This document shows, in pieces, positions 40,778-50,400 of a DNA stretch of 64,000 bases. Below the pieces are notes generated by a model, which made no database searches, was not told where the DNA came from, and worked only from the letters and a program-made list of their open reading frames with translations. The stretch is from an uncultured Bacteroidota bacterium (GTDB lineage: Bacteria; Bacteroidota; Ignavibacteria; UBA10030; UBA6906). The stretch lies in contig CAVOYH010000003.1 of NCBI GenBank assembly GCA_963700635.1, positions 1,376,001 through 1,440,000 on the forward strand, written 5' to 3'. How positions within the stretch are numbered: the stretch's first letter is position 1; every line of letters starts with the position of its first letter. A program made the translations under genes and the position numbers.

Positions 40778-41701
40778 TTAGTGTTTTCGGGTGATCGGAA
40801 TTCTGGCATCCGCCGGCATGCCGGGTTTCAGCATTTGATCCGGATTCGGAACCTCGATTTTGACACCGAACACGAGCTTGGTGCGGTCATCCTTGGTCTG
40901 CACGTTCTTCGGTGTGAATTCTGCTTTATCCGAGATGAAGATGATCCTTCCGGTGAACGGCTTCTCGGGATAGGCATCAATAAACACGTCTGCCTCCTGG
41001 CCCAATGTCACGTCGGCGAGCTCCACTACGGACACGTAGATCATCAGACGTACACGGTCGAGCCGGGAAATGCGGAACAGGGAACCGTTTGGCAGGACCA
41101 CATCACCCTGTTCAATGGCCTTCTGGGTTATCACTCCTGTCATCGGCGCCACCACAAACGCATCGGCAACTGTTTTCTGGGCTGCCTCAACCTGGGCAAG
41201 CGATACATCACGCCTTGCCCTTGCCGCAGCGATGTCTTCGGTCCGTGAACCGCGTTTCATCTTCTCGTAGCCCTGCTGCGCTACAATAAATCTTGTGCGT
41301 GTATCGTCGAGGTTTTTCTGGGTGACGGTTTGTGCCTTGAAAAGTTCCTCCGCCCGCTGGAGATCGGTCTGTGCATTTCTGAACGTTGCTTCTGCTTGCA
41401 GGATATCCTCTGACCGGAAACCGCGAAGGATGAGCTTATACTGGGCCTCCGTGGCGGCTGCGTTGGCGTGAGCGAGCTTAAGCTGGATGAGAATGTCGGT
41501 GCGGTCGACAAGCGCGAGGGTGTCTCCCTTTGCCACGTGCGAGCCTTCGTCCACAAAGAGCGTGACGATCTCTCCCCCTACTCTGGCGCTGACGGTCACT
41601 TCGGTAGTTTCAATGGTGCCGGAGGCGGTGATTTCTGTCCCATCATTGCTTGCACATCCGACAATGAACAGTGCAAGAGCAAACGTGATAAGGGGTTTCA
41701 T
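40778..41701 (-). CDS. HlyD-family membrane fusion protein (YbhG-like lipoprotein)
   Basis: Lipobox IVGC, ASGTIE, AEFTPKNVQT and LKPGMPA. Confidence 0.93.
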   Translation of the reverse strand: MKPLITFALALFIVGCASNDGTEITASGTIETTEVTVSARVGGEIVTLFVDEGSHVAKGDTLALVDRTDILIQLKLAHANAAATEAQYKLILRGFRSEDILQAEATFRNAQTDLQRAEELFKAQTVTQKNLDDTRTRFIVAQQGYEKMKRGSRTEDIAAARARRDVSLAQVEAAQKTVADAFVVAPMTGVITQKAIEQGDVVLPNGSLFRISRLDRVRLMIYVSVVELADVTLGQEADVFIDAYPEKPFTGRIIFISDKAEFTPKNVQTKDDRTKLVFGVKIEVPNPDQMLKPGMPADARIPITRKH

Positions 41702-41728
41702 TGTGTGTCCTCTCTCAATAGTCTGGTG

Positions 41729-42343
41729 TTAAGACATCCGGTCTGTTGAATGCTTCGTAAGAATGCCATGAAGAAACAGGTCGGTTACGGCCTGGAGTGT
41801 CTGACCTGCATGGATAGATCCCGGGGTAACCCCGTCAGCTTCGCCTGCCCACTGCAAGGCTCCTATGAAGGCCGGTACGACAACGTGGAGGGGTGCGTCG
41901 GATCGTACGGCTCCCTTCGTGATGCCGGCTTCGAGCATCCGCGCGAAATCTGCAAATACCGTCTGGCGTCGGATTTCTCCAGTCTGCACCCAGAGATCCG
42001 GTCGCAGTCTTCGTAGATCTCTCTGAAACTCCCCGCTGATCGGGACGATGGTGTGTCCTATCAGGGAGAAGATGTTTTTCAACTTGTCGGCATCGCCAAG
42101 GGCGGAGTGTGTGATTGTCCAGTAACGCCTCATGGCTCGAATAATCTGCCGCTCCCAAACCGCTGCAACCAGTCGATCCTTGCTCCCAACATGCTTGTAG
42201 AGTGTCTTCTTACTCATGCGAAGGTCGGAGGCGATTTCTGTTACGGTCACCCGTGTAATGCCATGAGCGAAGAATTTCTCCTGTGCAACATCCAGGATGT
42301 GGCTCGGGACTTCCGAGTACATATGCATGGAATGCATCCTCAC
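41729..42343 (-). CDS. TetR/AcrR-family transcriptional regulator
   Basis: FFAHGITRVTVTEIASDLRMSKKTLYKH helix-turn-helix; exact start uncertain. Confidence 0.88.
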   Translation of the reverse strand: MRMHSMHMYSEVPSHILDVAQEKFFAHGITRVTVTEIASDLRMSKKTLYKHVGSKDRLVAAVWERQIIRAMRRYWTITHSALGDADKLKNIFSLIGHTIVPISGEFQRDLRRLRPDLWVQTGEIRRQTVFADFARMLEAGITKGAVRSDAPLHVVVPAFIGALQWAGEADGVTPGSIHAGQTLQAVTDLFLHGILTKHSTDRMS

Positions 42344-42474
42344 TCCCCTCGTTTCTCGGGATGACGATAACGGTTTTGTTCATGCTTGCGGTAGGCAGAT
42401 TCGGCTCCGATGTAGGCGAGCAGAAGAATGCCAGCCGTCAGAAGAGCACTCCAGAAAATAATGTCGGTCCACAT
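42340..42474 (-). CDS. 44 aa single-TM small protein heading the efflux operon
   Basis: GGAG RBS, one hydrophobic helix plus basic tail; the stop overlaps the TetR ORF start (GTGA). Confidence 0.55.
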   Translation of the reverse strand: MWTDIIFWSALLTAGILLLAYIGAESAYRKHEQNRYRHPEKRGE

Positions 42475-42514
42475 GATGATCTCCAGTAGTCTTGTTCCTG
42501 TTCTGATACACTTC

Positions 42515-42532
42515 ATCCACATTACGTGCCAG
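42515..42532 (-). promoter_or_regulatory. Possible sigma-54 promoter
   Basis: CTGGCACGTAATGTGGAT: perfect -24 box, but the -12 position reads GG instead of GC. Confidence 0.45.
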
Positions 42533-42650
42533 TAAAAATACCGCTCTCACGTGCAGAATATTGCGCCGACGAACCGCCGGGTGTGAAGAAAATCTGCGCG
42601 GGGTGTGATCCGGAAGTTCTGTATCTGATTGATTGAAGGGAGGTTAGAGG

Positions 42651-42667
42651 TGTACAAAAAAAGTGCA
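42651..42667. promoter_or_regulatory. Possible enhancer-binding-protein site
   Basis: TGTAC-N7-GTGCA resembles NtrC-type TGCAC-N7-GTGCA and lies ~120 bp upstream of the -24 box. Confidence 0.35.
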
Positions 42668-42821
42668 CACACGATGGACGTCGGAGAGGGCATGACAGCT
42701 GCGAATATCAAGCTGCCGGGGATGGTTTGCGGGATGGTCTGTGTCCTGCAAACGGCAAAGACCTGCTTCTGTCAGAAGGAAGGGGGTTTCAGTCTGTTAA
42801 TGGGAGAGAAGAACCCCGGTC

Positions 42822-44231
42822 TCACTCCGGGTCTGAGGGAGATTCTACCTTCAGTCCAAGGGCCTTGAGCCGTGCGTGGAGCAGCCGTCGATCCATACCA
42901 CTTGTCCGCGCAGTTTGAGAAATATTCCAGCCGTTCTCCCGTAGCCGCTCCAGAAGATAGTTCCGTTCAAGCTCTTTCACGAACCGATCCTTGAACTTCC
43001 TCTTGGCGGAAAGGAAATCCTGATAATCAACCGGCAGTGCATCTTCCCCGCCGGGAGTTCCAAGATGAAGATCCGCCGGAAGATCTTCGATGGTAACATA
43101 TTCGCCCCGGGCAGCCACCATTGAGCGGATCACCACATTATCCAGCTCGCGCACATTCCCGGGCCAGGAGTGTGACTTCAGGTGGATTACCGCGCGTTCG
43201 TCAAATCCTTTCAACTCCTTCCCGACAGCCTGACCGTGTTTCTGTATGAAGTGTTGCGCGAGGAGGGGGATGTCTTCGGGACGTTCTCGCAGTGCCGGGA
43301 GAGAAATATTCACAACGTTCAGGCGATAATACAGATCGCTCCGGAACCGTTTGGCTTCAACCTCCTGGCGCATTCGGCGGTTTGTCGCGGCGATGATCCT
43401 GACGTCAAGCAGAATCCGTTCGCTCCCGCCGACGCGTACAATCGCGTGTTCCTCCAGAGCACGAAGGAGCTTCACCTGAAGGTCGACCGGCAATTCCCCC
43501 ACTTCGTCAAGAAATAACGTGCCGCCGTTTGCCTGTTCAAATTTTCCGGGTCTCTGGGCTGTAGCCCCGGTGAAAGCACCCCGTTCGCTGCCGAAGAATT
43601 CGCTCTCGAGCAGTTCGCGCGGGATCGCGGCGCAGTTGACTGCGACAAATGACCCGTTGGCCCGCGTACTGAGATCATGGAGAGATCTGGCAACGAGTTC
43701 TTTTCCCGTTCCCGTTTCACCTTCAATCAGGACGGCAAAATTTGTTGGGGCAATCTGGCGGATCGATTCCAGGATTTCCTGCATCTTCGGGCTTGCGGTG
43801 ACGATAGCGCTGACCCCCTGCAACGACTGAAGCGTTGCCCGGAGCCGTTGATTCTCCCGGACCAGCAGAATATGCTGGCTCGCGCGGCCGATGGCCAGAT
43901 CCAGATGGTCAAGATTTACGGGCTTGACGATGTAATCGAATGCGCCCTCTTTCATCATGGCGACGGCATTCTCAATTGTTCCGAATGCAGTCATGATAAT
44001 AACCGGGACACCGTGTCCCTGTTCCCGCACCTCGGCCAGAATTGCCGCGCCGCCGACATCCGGCATTTTGAGATCCGTGAGGACAATGTCAATCCGGCCG
44101 GACCGAAGATATTCCAGTGCTTTTTGTCCGGACTCTGCGAGCAGAATGGTGTGTTTATTCCCCAGGGAGATCTCCATAAGGCGCCTGGTTTTTTCTTCAT
44201 CGTCCGCGACGAGAAGGGTGAGATTATTCAT
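42822..44231 (-). CDS. Sigma-54-dependent response regulator (NtrC family)
   Basis: Receiver domain (DLKMP), GETGTGKE, GAFTGA, LFLDEV, WPGNVREL and C-terminal HTH. Confidence 0.96.
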   Translation of the reverse strand: MNNLTLLVADDEEKTRRLMEISLGNKHTILLAESGQKALEYLRSGRIDIVLTDLKMPDVGGAAILAEVREQGHGVPVIIMTAFGTIENAVAMMKEGAFDYIVKPVNLDHLDLAIGRASQHILLVRENQRLRATLQSLQGVSAIVTASPKMQEILESIRQIAPTNFAVLIEGETGTGKELVARSLHDLSTRANGSFVAVNCAAIPRELLESEFFGSERGAFTGATAQRPGKFEQANGGTLFLDEVGELPVDLQVKLLRALEEHAIVRVGGSERILLDVRIIAATNRRMRQEVEAKRFRSDLYYRLNVVNISLPALRERPEDIPLLAQHFIQKHGQAVGKELKGFDERAVIHLKSHSWPGNVRELDNVVIRSMVAARGEYVTIEDLPADLHLGTPGGEDALPVDYQDFLSAKRKFKDRFVKELERNYLLERLRENGWNISQTARTSGMDRRLLHARLKALGLKVESPSDPE

Positions 44232-46315
44232 CGTGTTTCACCCTGGATTGGTAGATCGATAATAAACGTTGTTCCGGAAGGGGAACTGGTAAACGTGACG
44301 GTCCCATGAAGTCGTTCCACCATCGTGTACACGATGGGGAGCCCTAACCCGGTGCCAGTCGGCTTTGTCGTAAAAAAGGGATCGAACAATCTGGATTGAT
44401 GATCGGGAGAAATGCCGCCTCCCGTATCACGCACCTCGAGGAGCAGTCTTCCATCTGTTTTTCGCCTGGCAGCGAAGAACAGATCTCCGCCCGAGGGCAT
44501 CGCCTCAATGGCATTGAGGCCGAGGTTCGTGAGTATCCTGTGCAGGTGATCGGGAGAGCTCATGAGCCACTCGGCGCCGTCCTCCACGGATGTCCGCAAC
44601 GAAATCATCCCACCGGATATTCGAGCTTGAAGGTGTTCTCCGACACTCTTGAAGATGTCCCCTATGTGGACACGTTCCCAGACCGGCGAGTGCGGTTTGG
44701 CGAATTCAAGGAACGCGTCGATGGTTCGGGCGAGGCGGTCTGTTTCCTCTGTTATATAGCGGGCAGTTTCACGGTGTAACTCTTCCTCCCCGGGGCGTCG
44801 GATGATAAGTTGAGCCGACGTTGCTATGATATTGAGAGGATTACGGAATTCGTGGGCGATGCCCGCGGTGAGTCGGCCCAGTGCAGCGAGTTTTTCCATC
44901 TGCGCCGTACGCACCTCTTCTCTGCGCATCTTCGCCATGAGCAGATTCCGCTCGAGCGCGATTGCCACCTCATTCGCAAAGATAGAGAAGAATTCCACCT
45001 CATCCAGCGTATAGGTTTTCGCTGCCGCGGGTCGGCCGATAAGAAGGACTCCGGTGGGATCCTTCTCTCCAAGAAGGGGCAGGATATATCCTCCCCGAAA
45101 GGCGGCGAGAAGCGTCTGCTCCTCTCCAGAGCAGACGGGAATCAATGCGCTCACTTCATGTGCCTTCTCTTCCTGTTTCACGATTCGCCCCAGACATCCA
45201 TCTGCCGAAACCTGCCGCGCGGGTGAAAGAATTCCGGTGAACCGTTGAGAGTCGTCCGCAAGCAGCATCACCTCAGCGTCTGTTGCAAAGAGGGTGTCCC
45301 TGAGGAATGCGGTAACGGCAAGGGAAAGACTGGAGACGTTCGTTATTGCAAACGCTTCACGCGTGAATCGGATGAACCTCTGCCGGTACCGGAATAGATG
45401 CTTGTAGAAAAGCTGTTCAGTGAGCCTCTGGACCTGGACAATAAGCGGCCTGAAGAAGAGGGCCAGGAGCAGAATCAACAACGCTTCGACGACGAATGAC
45501 CGGACGCCGATCTGGCGGCCAACCACGTCGGCCACGTTCGTAATGATGATCACATAAAACCCGAGAATCGTCCCGGTCACCAGTGAATAAACCAATCCTT
45601 GCTTCCCCAACTGCCGCAGGACAAATAGGCGGCTCCCCAGGACGACATAGGCGAAAAACAGGCTGATGAGAAGCAGGAGCACTCTCGACGCGTAAAAATG
45701 AAGCTTCTCGGTAGTATGCAATACATCCAGCACGACAATGAATGCCGCGAACACGATCGTCCCGAGAAGAAGATGGACGATCTTGAGGAGTTCACCCCTG
45801 ACCCGGGAACCTCGAACCTGCGTGATCAGATTTCCCAATGCCCAGGCAAGATACACGAAGATCAGCGCATACATAACGCCGTTCCATGGTCCTCCGTACA
45901 GACTTACAACATAAGAATAGACATCGGTGTCGGCTAATCGGCGAATCTCAAGCGGATGGAACCATTGGAGGGCGAGTGGAATGACCAGAGTGACCGGCGG
46001 GATGAGAAACATCAGACGAACGGGCCATCGGCCGAAGGTCGATTTTATCTCCCGGGGGAAAGAGAATGAGAGAATGAGGTTAAACGTTGTGGAAAACAAC
46101 AAGCCCGCACCGATAACAGCGCCAGCGGCCGACGCGGCGTCAGGTGTTCGGCTGTTCACCATGGCGATATCCGCTGCATTCAGGAGGGCGAAACATCCGA
46201 TAAGGAGGGCAAAGAGCCGATGTGTCCGGCTCTTCGGGTCATTCAGAATCAGAATGACCACAAGTGATACATTTATCGCAAACGCGAAAAAAGCGGGAAG
46301 CGAGTAAATGGACAC
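44228..46315 (-). CDS. Multi-TM sensor histidine kinase with GAF-like domain
   Basis: 7TM-like N-terminus, AHEFRNPL, NLGLNAIEAM, DTGGG and FFTTKPTGTGLGL. GTG 46315 is preferred over the ORF-track start 46612. Confidence 0.9.
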   Translation of the reverse strand: MSIYSLPAFFAFAINVSLVVILILNDPKSRTHRLFALLIGCFALLNAADIAMVNSRTPDAASAAGAVIGAGLLFSTTFNLILSFSFPREIKSTFGRWPVRLMFLIPPVTLVIPLALQWFHPLEIRRLADTDVYSYVVSLYGGPWNGVMYALIFVYLAWALGNLITQVRGSRVRGELLKIVHLLLGTIVFAAFIVVLDVLHTTEKLHFYASRVLLLLISLFFAYVVLGSRLFVLRQLGKQGLVYSLVTGTILGFYVIIITNVADVVGRQIGVRSFVVEALLILLLALFFRPLIVQVQRLTEQLFYKHLFRYRQRFIRFTREAFAITNVSSLSLAVTAFLRDTLFATDAEVMLLADDSQRFTGILSPARQVSADGCLGRIVKQEEKAHEVSALIPVCSGEEQTLLAAFRGGYILPLLGEKDPTGVLLIGRPAAAKTYTLDEVEFFSIFANEVAIALERNLLMAKMRREEVRTAQMEKLAALGRLTAGIAHEFRNPLNIIATSAQLIIRRPGEEELHRETARYITEETDRLARTIDAFLEFAKPHSPVWERVHIGDIFKSVGEHLQARISGGMISLRTSVEDGAEWLMSSPDHLHRILTNLGLNAIEAMPSGGDLFFAARRKTDGRLLLEVRDTGGGISPDHQSRLFDPFFTTKPTGTGLGLPIVYTMVERLHGTVTFTSSPSGTTFIIDLPIQGETR

Positions 46316-46806
46316 GGTAGATAGTCCGAATGGAAAAAAGAGAGAGTACCAGATGATACTGTTCTTCTTTTCGAGAGTCAACGATGATAGATATCCCCCC
46401 TCAGGTGTACACTGTTCAACAATCCACCATTTCGGACCCGAATGAAGATCAGCCCCTGCCTTGTCAATCCGCCAGCAACGCCTCTTTGCCAGACTTCTGC
46501 CAGCGCAAGCTCCGTCCATCCCTTTTGCTGATTCTGGGAGTGCACTGGTCTTACAAGGGCTCTTCTCCCCGATCAGATATGCTGGAATTCGGCGTACAAT
46601 GGGGATATTCACACGCGCATGACAGAGATATGCACAAAAATGGCAAACAAAAGCTCAAGGAAGTCAAGAAATCCACCCGCCATTAGGCTACCATGAATGT
46701 ACAAACATGCACCAGTTCTTTGGCGGCGTTCATCATGAGCCCGCCTGTGTGGCGTTCACGCCCCTCTCTCTATGGGTAAACCCTCAAACTTTAGGAGAAA
46801 CTCCTG

Positions 46807-47325
46807 ATGCAAACCCCATTGCGGCAATTCAGCATTCTCGTCGGTACCGGCATACTGCTCCTGGCGGCTGCCCCTTTCACCGGGGTGTTCGCACAGGTGA
46901 AGAGCGTGCCAACTGATGAGCTCGCCCGACGCGCCGAGGTCGTTGCGGTCGGCAAAGTTACCGGAGTCCAGTCAGAATGGAATGCGGACCAGACAATGAT
47001 CCGGACCCGCGTGACGGTTTCCGTTGATGAATTTGTCAAAGGAAACGAGCCTGGAGGCACGCTGACACTGTATGTGCCCGGGGGGGAAATCGGCACGGTG
47101 GGAGAAATGTACAGCCATACCCCGAAATTTAAGGGCAAGGAAGAAGTTGTTGTCTTTGCAGCGAAGAACTTCCAGGGCATCTATAATGTCTCGGGGGGAT
47201 CGGAAGGGAAGTTCTCCGTGAGGCGCGACGAAACCACGGGGAACCGGATGGTGACAGAAACAATGAGCCTTGAGCAACTGAAGAATGAAGTCCGGGCTGC
47301 GTCGTTGGAATACAAGGGAGATTAA
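46807..47325 (+). CDS. Exported small beta-barrel protein of the type seen with bacterial matrixin-like proteases
   Basis: AGGAG RBS, signal peptide, ELARRAEVVAVGKV...TRVTVSVDEFVKG...PGGEIG...PKF..EEVVVF. Confidence 0.7.
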   Translation: MQTPLRQFSILVGTGILLLAAAPFTGVFAQVKSVPTDELARRAEVVAVGKVTGVQSEWNADQTMIRTRVTVSVDEFVKGNEPGGTLTLYVPGGEIGTVGEMYSHTPKFKGKEEVVVFAAKNFQGIYNVSGGSEGKFSVRRDETTGNRMVTETMSLEQLKNEVRAASLEYKGD

Positions 47326-47446
47326 CGCTCCAGCCGTCGACTTGACGGAATGGGCCCATGACGAAGTCAGATCCCGATCAATGTGGTAATTTCAGATCGC
47401 TGCATCGTTCCTTGTCAAACAAAAAATCTATTCTCCGGGAGTTCTC

Positions 47447-50400
47447 ATGAAGAAACGTATTTTCTTTTTTACCCTTTTTAGCGTACTCATTCCTGCCGTT
47501 GCACTTGCGGCGACCTTCACTGTCACCAATACGAATGACTGGGGGGTAGGTTCTCTCCGCCAGGCCATTCTTGACGCCAATGCTGCCGCCGGGACGGATA
47601 ATATTACATTCGCCATTCCCGGTGCAGGTGTTCAGACCATAACCCTTGTCACCCCACTCCCTCAAGTGCTGGGCCAGACTGTGATCGACGGCTACACCCA
47701 GCCGGGTTCGTCTGCCAACTCCCTGACGGTGGGCAATAATGCAGTGATCCTGATCGAGATCAATGGGAACGGGACCGCCGGCGATGGAGTTCTGGATATC
47801 CGAGGTGGGAACAGCATCATTCGCGGGCTTGTGGTGAACCGCGGCAATACGGCGGGGATCTCGCTTGGAAGCGACAACAACACCCTGGAGGGGTGTTTTA
47901 TCGGAACGGACGCAACTGGAACGATTGATCTGGGGAATTCATCCGATGGTGTGTTCATTGCGAACTATCTCGCCACCGGGAATTTTAATCACATCGGCGG
48001 TCCGACCCCGGCCGCCCGCAACGTCATTTCAGGGAACGGCAGAAGAGGGATGACGTTTGATCAGACCTCCAATGCGACGGTTGAGAACAACTACATCGGG
48101 ACGAACGCGGCAGGAACCGGGGCCCTTGGAAACGACGACGCCGGCATCGTGGCGTTTGTATACGGTGGGCACACGATTGGCGGACCCACCGGAGGATCCC
48201 GCAACGTCATCTCAGGAAATGCCACCGATGGTATTGTCGTGCAGGCTCCCTCTAACACAATTCAGAACAACTACATCGGTACGAATGCCACTGGCAGCGC
48301 CGGGCTCGGCAATGGCGCGAATGGCATCCACCTCGTGAGCGGCGCGTTAGGCGGATCCGGGTGGTCCATTGCGTATCATTCCGACAACAATGTTGTCGGC
48401 GGAGTCGGAATGGGAAACGTCGTCTCGGGAAATGGTAATGTTGGCATATACGTCCATAACGATGGTTCCGCTCCTGATGGTAATATCATCCGCGGAAACC
48501 GTGTCGGGACGAGGGCAGACGGAACTGCCGCACTGCCCAACAGCAGAGGCATTTTTCTCGGCACCCCGATCAACACGATTATCGGTGGAACGAACGCCGG
48601 CGAGGGAAACCTGGTTTCCGGGAACCTGTATGACGGGATCTACGTAACGGGCAGCAACGCTGTCATTCAGGGAAACAAAATCGGTACGGATCTTTCGGGT
48701 CTTGCCTCCATACCGAATGGCACTGCCGGTGCGGGGTTCCAGTACTCTGGCATATTCATGGACGTGCCCTGCTCGGGAACGACAATCGGAGGATCTTCTG
48801 CCTCTGCGCGGAACATCATTTCGGGAAACAAGGGTGATGCCATCGCGATGTGGGGAGCGGTCGATCAGGTCAGTATCCTCGGTAACTACATCGGCGTGCA
48901 AGCTGACGGAACAGGGCCTCTTGGCAATTTCGCCAATGCCAACCAGCTGGACGCCGCTGCCGGGATCTCACTCAGGAACTACCCGACGAACATCACTATT
49001 GGCGGGCTGGGAGCCGGCGAAGGGAACATCATCGCCAACAACCATACCGAAGGGGTCGTGGTGTATTCCGGGTCAGGGGTAAGCGTGCTCGGGAACGTCG
49101 TCCATCACAACAACTTCGGGGCATACACGTTTAACTCGAACACCTTCTCTCCAATCCGCGCTGGAGGATTGTTCATAGCGAATCAGAACGCGGCGGTCAT
49201 AAAGGGAAACAGGGTCCATGAAAATTACGGCCACGGTCTTGTCCTGTACTACAGCAGCAATTCCGCCGTCGGAGGGATCGCAGCGAACGAGAGGAATGTT
49301 TTTTCTGGAAATGGCGCGGGACCTGCCCTTCTGGGACAGGGTGCTCACGGGCTTGCCCTCACGGGCGTATCGACGAACAACAATGTTATTGGCAACTATA
49401 TCGGCACGGATGAAACAGGTCTCGCGGCGTGGCCTAATTCCGGGGACGGCATTGAAGTTTTTTCCGGTCCACTAAACAACACGTTTGAGCAGAACGTTAT
49501 CTCCGGAAACGCCTGGACTGGTATCGCGTTCCTGGCGGCCGGGGGAGACGAAACGGTCGGCAACGTCGTACGCGGGAATTTTATCGGGGTCAGCGCCAAC
49601 GGCTCAACTGCCCTGGGGAATGTCGGCGGAACCGGTGTGTATCTCGGACCGGGGGCTGAGTACAACACTGTCGGCGGAACAGGTGTCGGGCAGGGCAACA
49701 CGATCTCCTACAACGGATATGTCGGCATCTTCCTTGACGGCGCGGTCTCATTCAACACGATTCAAGGGAACCAGATTACTTATAACGGTCAGCCGAATCC
49801 TCCCGTCAATGAAATTGGGACGGGGGTGTATGTCGCCGGCGATGCCGTCGACAACGTTATCGGTGGCCAGGTGGCCGGAGCAGGAAACGTGATATCGTCC
49901 AATGCGGGCGATGGCGTTCGTTTCGCCACAAGAACGGTGGACAATGACGGAATCATCACAGAATACATCCCGATCCGCAATGCGATATTCGGGAATTCAA
50001 TTTTTGCCAACGGCGGATTGGGCATCGATCTCGGCGGTGATGGTGTGGGGAATTCTTCAGGGGTGAACAGCGGACAGCTCGCGCCGGTACTCAACTCCGC
50101 GCAGCTGGAGCTGGGCACCATACAGGGGAGCCTCCAGGGGACGCCCAACACGACATACGGGCCGAGTTCTTCTCCAATACGGGGGGCGATCTGGCTGAGG
50201 GCCAGTTTTTCCTCGGCTCCGCACCCATCCCTACGAACGCACTGGGCAATGCCTCGTTTTCCGTGGCCCTCCCCGGCCTGGCTGCGGGGACGTATCTTAC
50301 CGCTACCTCGACTGATCCCAACAACAACAGTTCGGAATTTTCGGGTGCAGTTGGCGTGGGTGAACTGACCAAACACTACGGCGACCACTTTGTCGTTAAC

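Noticed and set aside
46316-46612. 99 aa N-terminal extension of the histidine kinase in the ORF track
   Set aside because: Does not look protein-like; the TM domain begins at GTG 46315, so the region is probably intergenic.
46620-46800. c-di-GMP-I riboswitch (GGCAAAC) upstream of the exported protein
   Set aside because: The GNRA stem and GACGCAAA elements are missing; only generic hairpins are present.
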